Positions 1 to 8,792 of a stretch of 64,000 nucleotides of DNA are shown here, piece by piece. The notes under the pieces were generated by a model. The model had not been told where the DNA came from. It was given only the letters and a program-made list of their open reading frames with translations, and searched no databases. A program made the position numbers and the translations under genes. Each line of letters begins with the position of its first letter. The stretch's first letter is position 1. Origin of the DNA: an uncultured Methylomirabilota bacterium (GTDB lineage: Bacteria; Methylomirabilota; Methylomirabilia; Methylomirabilales; 2-02-FULL-66-22); assembly GCA_963705305.1 (NCBI GenBank), contig OY970067.1, positions 2,592,001 through 2,656,000 on the forward strand, read 5' to 3'.

Positions 1-2
1 GC

Positions 3-461
3 ATCGCCCGGCTGCTGGCTATCAACGGCACGCGCACGGTGGACTCGTTCCACCGCGAGCTGGGCCACCTGGTCTGGGAAAAGTGCGGCATGGCGCGCAA
101 CGCCAAGGGGCTCCAGGAGGCCCTGGCTCGCATCCCGGCGCTGCGGGAGGAGTTCTGGAAGAATGTGCGCGTGCCGGGCGAGGGGATGGAGTTCAACCAA
201 TCCGTGGAGCAGGCCGGGCGGGTGGCCGACTTCCTGGAATTCGCCGAGCTGATGGTGTACGACGCCCTCACGCGCGACGAGTCCTGTGGCTGCCACTTCC
301 GCGAAGAGCACCAGACGCCCGAGGGCGAGGCCCTGCGGGACGACGAGCACTTCGCCTATGTGTCTGCCTGGGAGTACCGCGGCGTCGGCGAGACCCCGGT
401 GCTGAACAAAGAGCCCCTCAGCTTCGAAACCGTTCACCTGAGCCAGCGGAGTTACAAATGA
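3..461 (+). CDS. sdhA: Succinate dehydrogenase/fumarate reductase flavoprotein subunit, C-terminal part (5' end outside window)
   Basis: Frame open from base 3; motifs [25 protein letters not shown]-terminal RSYK; stop overlaps the next ATG (ATGA). Confidence 0.93.
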   Translation: MARLLAINGTRTVDSFHRELGHLVWEKCGMARNAKGLQEALARIPALREEFWKNVRVPGEGMEFNQSVEQAGRVADFLEFAELMVYDALTRDESCGCHFREEHQTPEGEALRDDEHFAYVSAWEYRGVGETPVLNKEPLSFETVHLSQRSYK

Positions 462-1225
462 AGCTGACCCTGAAGATCTGGCGGCAGGCCGGTCCCACCG
501 CGAAAGGGAAGCTGGTGGCGTACGCCGTGGACGACGTCCAGCCCGACATGTCGTTCCTGGAGGTGCTGGATGTCCTGAACCAGCGGCTCACGAGGCAGGG
601 TGAGGTCCCTATTGCCTTCGACCACGACTGCCGGGAGGGCATCTGCGGCTCCTGCGGCGTCGTGATCGGCGGGATCGCTCACGGCCCGAGGAAGCTGACC
701 ACCGCCTGCCAGCTCTTCCTGCGCCATTTCAAGGATGGGGACACCATCGTGGTAGAGCCGTTCCGGGTCCGGGCCTTCCCCATCATCAAGGACCTGGTGG
801 TGGATCGGAGCGCCCTGGACCAGGTCATCTACGCGGGCGGCTTCATCTCGGCCCGGACGGGCAGCGCGCCGGAGGCGAACGCGATCCCGGTTCCCAAGAA
901 GGCGGCTGATCTGGCCATGGATGCGGCCGCCTGCATCGGCTGCGGCGCCTGCGTGGCCGCCTGCCCCAACGGGTCGGCCATGCTGTTCACGGCGGCCAAG
1001 ATCTCCCACCTGGGACTCCTGCCCCAGGGGCAGCCCGAGCGCTACCAGCGCGCCCTCCGGATGGTGACCCGGATGCAGGAGATGGGCTTCGGCAGCTGCT
1101 CCAACCACGGGGAGTGCGAGGCAGTGTGTCCGAAGGGGGTCAGCCTGGATTTCATTGCGCGGCTGAATCGGGATTTCCTGCGAGCCAGCGTGCTCGAGGC
1201 AATGCGGCCCGTCATGGAGGTCTAG
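458..1225 (+). CDS. sdhB: Succinate dehydrogenase/fumarate reductase iron-sulfur subunit
   Basis: [10 protein letters not shown] start at 458; [12 protein letters not shown] 2Fe-2S motif; [12 protein letters not shown] and [12 protein letters not shown] clusters. Confidence 0.95.
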   Translation: MKLTLKIWRQAGPTAKGKLVAYAVDDVQPDMSFLEVLDVLNQRLTRQGEVPIAFDHDCREGICGSCGVVIGGIAHGPRKLTTACQLFLRHFKDGDTIVVEPFRVRAFPIIKDLVVDRSALDQVIYAGGFISARTGSAPEANAIPVPKKAADLAMDAAACIGCGACVAACPNGSAMLFTAAKISHLGLLPQGQPERYQRALRMVTRMQEMGFGSCSNHGECEAVCPKGVSLDFIARLNRDFLRASVLEAMRPVMEV

Positions 1226-1587
1226 CTGTCACGCCGGGGTTCGCCGCCGAGGCCAGACGGGCGGCGAGTGACAAATTTCGGAGCTTGACGAGGAGGGCTT
1301 AGGGAAGTAGCAAAAGACAGGTACTGGACAGGCGAAGCCGGCTGGCGTTTCGGCAGGAGGCTAAGAATGAGGGCAAAGGGTGCCCCGTTGGAGGATGCGT
1401 GATCCTCCGGCGGGGTTTCTTGTTTATGGGGCTGAGAGGCGCGTCGGGATGACCATGTTCGAGCCGGAGAATCTTCAGGGCGGGTCGCCGGCGGGGCCGG
1501 GGCGAGTGATCGAAGAGAGCGGGAGGAGGCGACGGGGGCAAGAGACGGAGCCGAGGAACGCGCGCTCCGCTGAAGGAGGTTCGCGAG

Positions 1588-1938
1588 ATGCGAAACGGGA
1601 CGCCCGGAGAGCTGCTGGAAATGCGCACCCGCTTCGCCATAGAGCGGGCGAGTGACAGGTGGTGGCGGCGGTTCTGGCGGCGGCACCGCCTGCGGGACTT
1701 GTTCGTGTGCCTGACGGGGGCCGCGGCCCTGGTCGCCTCGGCCTTGGCATCGGTATCTCTGTATTATGCCACGGTCACGTACACGGAGTCGGTTCGCCGC
1801 GCGACGCTGGCCGATCAGCTGCGCATTGCCCAGATCCGGCATTCCATGGAGTGGCGGATGTGTCGGCAGTATCCGAAGTGGTGCGAGGCGCAGGGTCTGC
1901 CCGTGCCCCCGCGGCCCGGCCTGGTCCTGGTGAGGTGA
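1588..1938 (+). CDS. Hypothetical single-pass membrane protein (116 aa)
   Basis: Strong RBS AAGGAGGT upstream; one hydrophobic segment LFVCLTGAAALVASALASVSLYY. Confidence 0.6.
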   Translation: MRNGTPGELLEMRTRFAIERASDRWWRRFWRRHRLRDLFVCLTGAAALVASALASVSLYYATVTYTESVRRATLADQLRIAQIRHSMEWRMCRQYPKWCEAQGLPVPPRPGLVLVR

Positions 1939-2079
1939 GCACCGCAGGCCGCCGCCTGATGGCGGGGCGTGACGCGTCCGTATGGGGCCGCGCCCCGGCG
2001 GCGCGCGGTCAGGATTGAAGGAGTTGCAGATGTCTCCGGACGGGCTGAACCGCCCTGGAAGGAAATAGGGGGGATTTCG

Positions 2080-2256
2080 ATGGCGAGATCGCCAGTTTCC
2101 CAGTGCTCCAGGCACGCATCGCGGTCGTACCGGAACTGCCTCAGGTGCGACAAGAAGATTCCAAAGAGCCCCGGAAAGTTTTTGTGTGCGACCTGCCGGG
2201 CGCACAACCAGCGGATGCACGAGGCTGAATACTTCTGCGTCCTGAGCGCGCACTAG
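2080..2256 (+). CDS. Small putative zinc-finger protein (58 aa)
   Basis: G-rich RBS then ATG at 2080; CLRC...CATC cysteine pairs. Confidence 0.5.
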   Translation: MARSPVSQCSRHASRSYRNCLRCDKKIPKSPGKFLCATCRAHNQRMHEAEYFCVLSAH

Positions 2257-2400
2257 TTCCAACGCGAGGAAAGCCACCTCACGCAGAAACGCCGAGGGAG
2301 ACAGGGGGGAGGGGGGACACAGGCGGACGAGGGTACAACCGTACGAGGGCACAGGCGGATTGCGGTCCGGTCGGACGCTCGTACGCTGCAACGCCTTTAT

Positions 2401-3543
2401 TTACGGGAGAAACATCCGGCAGATCTCGTCGCATACGAGATATCCCCGCCGCGTGAGGCAGAGCACATCCCGGTCACGAGATGCCAGCCCCCCGGCCAGC
2501 AGTGGCTGCAGCGTCGCCCCGCACCGCGCCGCCAGGTCGTCCCCGAATTCCATGCGGAGGCGGGCCAGGTTCAGCCCGCCGCTCCGCAGTCCCAGGAAGA
2601 TCCGCTCGCGCAGCATAGTGGGCACGTCGACTCGCTCTTCACCCCCCATCGGCAGCTTGCCCCCCTGAAGCGCCGTTCGGTACGTCGCCGCATCCGCCAG
2701 GTTCCACCATCGCCGCCCGCCCGCCCCGTCCGCGTCTTTCCAGAAGGAGTGTGCCGAGGGGCCCAAGCCCAGGTAGTTCTGGTGGGACCAGTAGGCGCGG
2801 TTGTGGCGGCAGGCAAAGCTCGGCCGCGCATAGTTGCTGACCTCATAGTGCTCGAAGCCATCCGCCTCGAGGATCTCCATGGCCCGCTCGTACAGCTCCG
2901 CCTCCAGGTCCGCCGGCGCCGGCCGGACGTTCCCGGTCTCGACCAGGCGCGCCAGCGGCGTCCCGTTTTCCAGGGTGAGCGCGTAGGCGGCGATGTGCTG
3001 CGGCGCGAGAGCCGTGCCGGTCCGCAGGGTTTCCTCCCAGCGGTCCCGCGTCTGGCCGGGAATGGCATAGATGAGGTCGAGGCCGAGATTGTCGAAGCCG
3101 GCGGCGCGGGCGAGCCGGACAGCGCGGAGGGCCTCCGCCCGGTCGTGGATCCGGCCCAGGGCCTTCAGCTCGGAGTCGTGAAACGACTGGACGCCGAGGC
3201 TCAGGCGGGTGACCCCCTGCGAGCGGTAGGCCCGCAGGCTCTCCCCGGTCACCGTGCCGGGATTGGCCTCCAGCGTGATCTCCGCGTCCGGGGCGATGGC
3301 AAACGTGGCGTGAAGCCGGCGCAGGATGGCGTCGAGCTGCCGGGGGGTGAGGAGCGAGGGGGTGCCGCCGCCGAAGAAGATGGTCCCGAACGCATCCCCC
3401 GTGGCGAACTCCTCCCGGAGGGCGATCTCGCGACAGAGCGCCGCCACGAATTCCTCCGGCACCCGGCCGGCCTCGACCGAGAAGAAGTCGCAGTAGAGGC
3501 ACTTCCGCTCGCAGAAGGGGATGTGGATATACAGGGAAGCCAG
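2401..3543 (-). CDS. hemW: Radical SAM heme chaperone HemW (HemN-like); apparent CTG start
   Basis: Frame extends upstream of the ORF call to ASLYIHIPFCERKCLYCDF (CxxxCxxC); GGGTPS, EANP, YEVSNYA, HNRAYW, GLGPSAHS; in-frame TGA at 3547-3549 limits the start to CTG at 3543, with GAGGTG just upstream. Confidence 0.9.
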   Translation of the reverse strand: MASLYIHIPFCERKCLYCDFFSVEAGRVPEEFVAALCREIALREEFATGDAFGTIFFGGGTPSLLTPRQLDAILRRLHATFAIAPDAEITLEANPGTVTGESLRAYRSQGVTRLSLGVQSFHDSELKALGRIHDRAEALRAVRLARAAGFDNLGLDLIYAIPGQTRDRWEETLRTGTALAPQHIAAYALTLENGTPLARLVETGNVRPAPADLEAELYERAMEILEADGFEHYEVSNYARPSFACRHNRAYWSHQNYLGLGPSAHSFWKDADGAGGRRWWNLADAATYRTALQGGKLPMGGEERVDVPTMLRERIFLGLRSGGLNLARLRMEFGDDLAARCGATLQPLLAGGLASRDRDVLCLTRRGYLVCDEICRMFLP

Positions 3544-3589
3544 GAGTCACCTCATGCGATCGGCGGTATGCGAGATCCGACCGCGGACC

Positions 3590-4291
3590 CTATAACCAAG
3601 GACCCTCTAAGAGGAGCCGGGTTTCCTCGACGGCAACCTTCCATATCGCCTCCATCTCGGCGTCTGCGCGCTGGTAATGCCCGCCGTAATTCCCATCGCC
3701 AATCAGGCTGCGCAGGGCTGCCGGATCGCACAGCCGCACGCGATCTAGGTCCACCGTGGACTTCCGCTCGGCCGGCACCGCGACGCCGGCGAGGCGGGTC
3801 CATGGGAAGTTCTCCATCCAGGAACCGTGCGAGGCCACCGAATCGACCTCCACCGCCTTGGCCCGGGTGCGCGGGGCGTTCCGCCAGTTGTGGAGGCGCA
3901 CGCGCACTCCCGAATGATCGGCCATCCACTCGCGGGCGAGCCCCTGCACGGGCGCATTCCCGCCATGGCCGTTCACCAGCAGGATGCGCCGGAAGCCGCT
4001 GCCGGCCAGGCTGTCCAGCAGGTCGCGCACGACCGCGAGGTAAGTCTCGACCCGCAGCGACACGGAGCCCGGGTAGGCCCGGAAGTAGGGGCTGATGCCG
4101 AAGGGCAGCGCGGGGTAGACGGGCACCCCCAGCGGCTCGGCCGCCTCGACCGAGACCCGCTCGGCCAGGATGGCGTCTGTGCCCAGGCTGAGAAAGGCGT
4201 GCTGCTCGGTGCTGCCGAGGGGCAGCACGGCGCGATCCTCGCGCCGGAGACTCGCCTCGATTTGCATCCAGTTCTGTTCGTAGATTCGCAT
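3590..4291 (-). CDS. Creatininase/MftE-family amidohydrolase
   Basis: LPLGSTEQH, GTD, NGHGGN and H-x-x-x-x-E metal-binding motifs. Confidence 0.88.
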   Translation of the reverse strand: MRIYEQNWMQIEASLRREDRAVLPLGSTEQHAFLSLGTDAILAERVSVEAAEPLGVPVYPALPFGISPYFRAYPGSVSLRVETYLAVVRDLLDSLAGSGFRRILLVNGHGGNAPVQGLAREWMADHSGVRVRLHNWRNAPRTRAKAVEVDSVASHGSWMENFPWTRLAGVAVPAERKSTVDLDRVRLCDPAALRSLIGDGNYGGHYQRADAEMEAIWKVAVEETRLLLEGPWL

Positions 4292-4436
4292 GGACTGCCT
4301 CGTGTCAGGGTGTGACGGGAAAGTCGCCGAGACGGAAAGAGGGGGATGCCCGCTTTGCTGCGAGCTCGTCCCGGCGAAATCTCAGACGGAGAAAGCATGT
4401 CCCGCCGAGGAATTCTTGTCAAGGAGGGACAGGTGA

Positions 4437-5956
4437 CCCTAATCTCCGGCTAAGCGGTGGCCAGCCGGGCGATCTTGCGCCGCGCCCGGACGAGCAAGGC
4501 ATGCTGCAGGGCGGCCGAGAGCCGCAAGAGGGTCTGCCGGGCATGCGCGACGACCTTCCCGACGGTGTTGAACAGCAGGAACCGGAGACGCTTCGGCCGG
4601 GCGGTCCGGAGATCTCCGGGTAAGGTCAACCGCTTGAGCGCGGTGAGCAGGTTGTAGGTGAGCACGTTCAGCCGGAACCAGGCGGCGTTCGCCCCGAACT
4701 TCCCACTGGGCAGCGCGGCGGCCGCCAGCTCGGTCTTGAGGACGTGATGGGTGTGCTCGATGGTCCCTGCTTTCTCCCGGTGCCACCGGAGGATCGTGAG
4801 CCCATCCTCCGGCCGATTGGTGACCACGGCGAAGTACTGCACGCTACTCCCGTCGGCGAAGAGGCTCCCCTGGCGTCGCTGGATACGCACCGCGAGGTAG
4901 CGGCGAACGCACGGCCGCGCCTTCCGGTGATCGCCATCCTCGGGGACGTAGGGGACTTCGGCCCAGGCCCGGATCGCCTCGGGCTCCTCCCGCTCGAGCT
5001 GCCAGGCGGCCGCGGGGAGGCGCCGGATCTCGGCCTGGAGCTGCGCGGACATATCGGCGCTAATCGCGTAGGCGATTTTCTTCTCCTCGCACCAGCGGAG
5101 GACCTCCGTCTCGTAGAGGGCGCTGTCGGCCCGCAGGGAGATGCGGTCCACGCCCTGGGGCAAGTTGGCCACCGCCTGTTCGAGGACGCGCACGTTGCCG
5201 CACCCGGCGGGCACCTGGCCATCGCGGAACTGGTCGTGCACGATGACATCGTGCTCGGCCCAGAGGACCACGACGGGCTGGTAGCCCCGGGTCCCGTCGT
5301 AGGCCACGGTCGCCGCGTCCTTGTGGCTCTCGACGAGCGTCGCGTCCACATCCAGGGTGGCCGTCGCCGCCCGGGCCCCGCGCTGGACGCCCGCGACCAG
5401 CGTCCGGTTCGCCTGTCCGAGGCCCGCCAAGGGGGCGGACTCCAGGGGGACCGTGGCCGCGGGCCCGGCCACCCAGAGCGGCCCGTCCTCCACGTGGAAG
5501 GCCTCGAGGAAGTCCCGGACCGTGGTCGCGGCCGGCAGGGGGTAGCCGAGCAGCGTGGCCAGGGCCTGATCCTCCCGGAGCGTCGTGAGGTCCTGGCAGC
5601 GGTCCCCGCCGCTCGTCCACAACGCGACGAGACTCTCCACGAGCTGCGAGGGGGGTAATCCGCGCTGCCGCTGCTTGACCGCAACGTGGGTGTCGACGGC
5701 CTGGGCCACCCCGAGCTGGCGGAACAGCTCGATCACGAGCGGGACCCCGGCCCGGCCCGTGACCAGCGTGGGGTCGATCGCGTCATCGATCTCGAACGGC
5801 AACCGGGGCGAGGTGTCGGGCATCGCTCTCCTCCTTGTGGTGTTTGCACCCACTGGGTGAAACCAAGCAAGGCCGATGCCAACCCCGCGGGCCGCGCGCA
5901 CTGCGGGCCGCTGCGTGATTCGCGATCCCCCTCAACTTCTTAGCCGGAGATTAGGG
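4437..5956 (-). mobile_element. IS1380-family insertion sequence, 1520 bp, with perfect 18-bp terminal IRs and GGTGA target duplication
   Basis: CCCTAATCTCCGGCTAAG (4437-4454) is the exact reverse complement of CTTAGCCGGAGATTAGGG (5939-5956); GGTGA at 4432-4436 and 5957-5961. Confidence 0.93.
4450..5823 (-). CDS. IS1380-family DDE transposase
   Basis: LDVDAT, GYQP, LRADSALY, IEHTHHVLK, LPSGKFGANAAW motifs; AGGAGG RBS before MPDT; stop codon lies inside the IR. Confidence 0.92.
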   Translation of the reverse strand: MPDTSPRLPFEIDDAIDPTLVTGRAGVPLVIELFRQLGVAQAVDTHVAVKQRQRGLPPSQLVESLVALWTSGGDRCQDLTTLREDQALATLLGYPLPAATTVRDFLEAFHVEDGPLWVAGPAATVPLESAPLAGLGQANRTLVAGVQRGARAATATLDVDATLVESHKDAATVAYDGTRGYQPVVVLWAEHDVIVHDQFRDGQVPAGCGNVRVLEQAVANLPQGVDRISLRADSALYETEVLRWCEEKKIAYAISADMSAQLQAEIRRLPAAAWQLEREEPEAIRAWAEVPYVPEDGDHRKARPCVRRYLAVRIQRRQGSLFADGSSVQYFAVVTNRPEDGLTILRWHREKAGTIEHTHHVLKTELAAAALPSGKFGANAAWFRLNVLTYNLLTALKRLTLPGDLRTARPKRLRFLLFNTVGKVVAHARQTLLRLSAALQHALLVRARRKIARLATA

Positions 5957-5961
5957 GGTGA

Positions 5962-6111
5962 CCTTAATCTCCGGATAACGTCGCAGGGCAGTAACGCACC
6001 CGTGTGGCGCCCGCAATCATGGCCGCGGGGCTGGCTGCCCGCATCGGACCTGGCTGCACCCGATGGGCGGCGCCCCGCAGAGGCGATGGACGCGTTAGCC
6101 GGAGATTTGGG
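5962..6111. mobile_element. 150-bp MITE with IS1380-like IRs, directly adjacent to the IS
   Basis: Ends CCTTAATCTCCGGATAAC (5962-5979) and GTTAGCCGGAGATTTGGG (6094-6111) are 15/18 complementary and resemble the IS ends; flanked by GGTGA at 5957-5961 and 6112-6116; no transposase. Confidence 0.85.
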
Positions 6112-6400
6112 GGTGAGGCCACTCCTTCCGCCTTTACCTTTCCCGTCTCGCGGGAGCAAGCGTTCCAGCAAGATGGTCAGGGAACGCCGCCGGCCGATAG
6201 CCTTCCGGAAATGGGTGACCTCCGGGGGGGTCATCCTGTCTGCGGAGCTTTCGCGGGAATGGGGCGGTTCCGGAAGGCGCCGATTATCCGCGGTCCCGAG
6301 CAAGGAGAATAAAGAAGCAACGCTTTCCTCGGAAAGGGGGGCCGCGCGGGCCGCTGCTCCGGCCGCGGTCGCGCGGCCTCCCCTGTGAAGGACTCAAAGG

Positions 6401-6829
6401 TCACGATTCGGGGGTGTGCTTCCCGCACATGGCGCGGCCCAGCGACGCCTTGCCCGAGCCTAGCAGCAGCAGAGCCACGTTGGCCGCCAAGAGGGTCAGA
6501 GCGAACTCGAACCCCCTGGGCAGGAAGAATCCGTTCGGCAGGTGGACCGTGAGGATGGCCACCAGCATGTCCACGGCCAGCAGGGCAGCGGCCCAGCGCG
6601 TGAACAGGCCGAAGACCAGCGCCAGGCCGCCCAGGAACTCGACGAGCGTGACGACGACCCCCGACAGCATGGGTAGCGGGATGCCGACGCTTGCCATGAA
6701 GGCGGCCACCCCGGCGAACCCCCGAAAGAAAAGCTTCTGCCCGCCGTGCATGAGGAAGACCACCCCGATCACCACGCGCAGCACGGTGATCCCCCAATCC
6801 TGCCACCGGTTCGACATATCCGTCCTCAT
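6401..6829 (-). CDS. DoxX-family membrane protein
   Basis: LRVVIGVVFLMHGGQKLF, EFLGG, GLFTRWAA, GFEF; AAGGAG RBS. Confidence 0.9.
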   Translation of the reverse strand: MRTDMSNRWQDWGITVLRVVIGVVFLMHGGQKLFFRGFAGVAAFMASVGIPLPMLSGVVVTLVEFLGGLALVFGLFTRWAAALLAVDMLVAILTVHLPNGFFLPRGFEFALTLLAANVALLLLGSGKASLGRAMCGKHTPES

Positions 6830-6904
6830 GGAGACTCCTTTCCTCTGCTCAAAACCCCTCACGGATCCGGGGATCCGCCGGGGGCGGCCGCTCCGGGCCT
6901 CGGT

Positions 6905-7603
6905 TCAGGGAAGATCCAGCAGGAGCACCTCGCTATCCTCCGCGGCCTCCAGGGTCAGCGTCCGCTCGTCGGCAATGCGCGCCTGGTCGCCGGCCGCGAG
7001 CGGCATTCCGTTCAGTCGCAGGCCGCCCGCGATCACAAAGAGGTAGGCGCGGCGGCCCTCGCCGCCGGCGTGCGTCGTAGTTTGGCCGGCCCGGAGGGAT
7101 GACACGTACATCGCGGCATCCTGGTCGATGGCCAGCGTCCCCGGGACGTCGCCCGACGACACGACCGGCAGCAGCCTCCCGGCTTTCTCCGGCGCCGTGA
7201 AGGCCCGCTGCTCCCAGCGGGGCGTCCGGCCTTTGGTGCGAGGCATGATCCAGAGCTGGAGCAGATGGACCGGGCGCTCCTTCGAATGGTTGTACTCGGA
7301 GTGGACGATGCCCGTCCCGGCCACCATGACCTGCACCTCTCCCGGCCGGATGACGCCCACGTTGCCGCGATTATCGCGATGTTCCAGCTCTCCGTCTAGG
7401 AGGTAGGTGATGATCTCCATGTCCCGGTGCGGGTGAAAGCCGAAGCCCTGGCCGGGCTGGATCACGTCATCGTTGAAGACCCGGAGGGGACCCCACTGCA
7501 TGTTGGCGGGGTCGTAGTACTCCGAGAAGGAGAAATGCCAGAACGTCGACAGCCATCCCATGTCCGCGTGATATCGCTCTCCTGATTTGATCACCTTGAT
7601 CAT
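6905..7603 (-). CDS. Pirin-family protein (YhhW-like)
   Basis: GWLSTFWHFSF, LRVFNDD, GFGFHPHRDMEI, AGTGIVHSEYN, LQLWI. Confidence 0.93.
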   Translation of the reverse strand: MIKVIKSGERYHADMGWLSTFWHFSFSEYYDPANMQWGPLRVFNDDVIQPGQGFGFHPHRDMEIITYLLDGELEHRDNRGNVGVIRPGEVQVMVAGTGIVHSEYNHSKERPVHLLQLWIMPRTKGRTPRWEQRAFTAPEKAGRLLPVVSSGDVPGTLAIDQDAAMYVSSLRAGQTTTHAGGEGRRAYLFVIAGGLRLNGMPLAAGDQARIADERTLTLEAAEDSEVLLLDLP

Positions 7604-7731
7604 CGGTTCCCCCTCCCATTCCCCTTTCTTGCGAAGCCGAACACCGCCGCCGGCGGTGCCTCTCGGCGGAGGCGCGTTGCCTTCGCGGGCCCCGCCGCAT
7701 GAGGGGTCGGATCCTAAAACAGGCACGTAGG

Positions 7732-7749
7732 TAGTCGTTGCAACAAGTA
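7732..7749. promoter_or_regulatory. Degenerate second MarR operator upstream of the pirin gene
   Basis: TAGTCGTTGCAACAAGTA matches the core of the 8246-8265 palindrome at 14/18 positions. Confidence 0.6.
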
Positions 7750-7763
7750 TCCGGCGAAAAAAA

Positions 7764-8235
7764 TCAGCCCGCCCGGCTGCGCGCCGTCTCCAGAATCTCC
7801 AAGAGTCCCCGGAGCCTGGGCTCCCCGAGATGGCTCAACTGCCGGACATGAACATCGGCAATGGGCTGGTCCAGATCACCCAGGATGCGCAATCCCTCGT
7901 CGGTGATGCGAGTGGTGATGACCCGCCGGTCCTCCCGTTCTCTGGTTCGCGCCACCAAGCCGCGCTTTTCCAGCCGATCCAGCAGCCGGGTGACGTTCCG
8001 GGTCTCGCGTTATCATCCGCTCGCCGATCTCCCGGCAGGCCAGCCCGCCGGGTCCTGCCCCGCGGAGGATCCGCAGGACGTTGTACTGGGTCGGGGAGAG
8101 GCCCGCGGGCTTGAGGGCTTCTGCGACCCCCTGAAACAGGAGGTCCGACATACGAGCGATGCTGACAAAAGCCTCTTCCTCCAGTCGCCGAATCGGCCTC
8201 GACTGCTTGATCTGCGACTGCAGCTTCCGTGTCAT
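7764..8235 (-). pseudogene. MarR-family regulator with a +1 frameshift near 7996 (real lesion or assembly error)
   Basis: N-half LSPTQYNVLRIL...RMITRDP and C-half VTRLLDRLEKRGLVARTR...DRR are in different frames; GAC CCG GAAC GTC carries one extra A relative to the expected DPDVTRL. Confidence 0.85.
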
Positions 8236-8242
8236 GAAAAGT

Positions 8243-8271
8243 AATATAGTCGTTATAACGACTATTGTCAA
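8243..8271 (-). promoter_or_regulatory. Sigma70 promoter (TTGACA-17-TATATT) overlapped by a perfect 20-bp palindromic operator
   Basis: ATAGTCGTTATAACGACTAT at 8246-8265 fills the spacer; the -10 box ends about 7 nt before the marR ATG. Confidence 0.8.
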
Positions 8272-8352
8272 GAGGTATGCCTTCTTCGTCGAATCCCCGG
8301 GGAATGGAGTCGGCGGGGGGGTGAACGCGGGACGGGCCCGGGCTCCCGGAGC

Positions 8353-8763
8353 TTAGGGCTGCATCTGGTTCGCCCGATCCAGGATGGTCGCGACGCGCTT
8401 CTCCAGGACGTCCAGATCGACCGGCTTTTCCAGGAAGTCGCTCACCGGCAGCCAATCATCGTCGATGTCTTTGGCGCTGAACCCGAGAGGGAACTTGGTG
8501 TTGACGGCGGTCAACATCAGGATGGGGATCTGCTTGAGGCCCTCGTGCTTCTTGCGCATGGCGCGGGCCAAGTCGAAGCCGGCGGTGCTGCTCTCGGGAA
8601 ACATCACATCCAGGACGACCAGGTCCGGGTGTCGCCCCTCCATGCCGCGAACGGCAGAGGGAATGTCCAGCGCCATTTCCACCTCGTGTCCGGCGCCGCG
8701 CAACACGGTCGCAGCGGCCGTGGCAAAATCCTCGTCGTCGTCCACCACCAAGATGTAGGCCAT
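8353..8763 (-). CDS. Single-domain response regulator (receiver only)
   Basis: ILVVDDDED, LVVLDVMFP, ILMLTAV, FLEKP. Confidence 0.9.
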   Translation of the reverse strand: MAYILVVDDDEDFATAAATVLRGAGHEVEMALDIPSAVRGMEGRHPDLVVLDVMFPESSTAGFDLARAMRKKHEGLKQIPILMLTAVNTKFPLGFSAKDIDDDWLPVSDFLEKPVDLDVLEKRVATILDRANQMQP

Positions 8764-8792
8764 CGCATCTGCTCCTTTCCTGTGTCCCCGCC

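Noticed and set aside
1371..1420. Possible c-di-GMP-I riboswitch (GGGCAAA plus GGAGGAT/ATCCTCC hairpin)
   Set aside because: The GAAA tetraloop and GACGCAAA elements are absent; only a short ordinary hairpin is present
2316..2360. Short direct repeats (CACAGGCGGA, ACGAGGG)
   Set aside because: Only two copies with irregular spacing; not a CRISPR array or a convincing tandem repeat
3590..4291. Mycofactocin-like RiPP system (creatininase beside a radical SAM gene)
   Set aside because: The radical SAM protein is HemW type with no SPASM domain, and no precursor peptide or RRE gene is present
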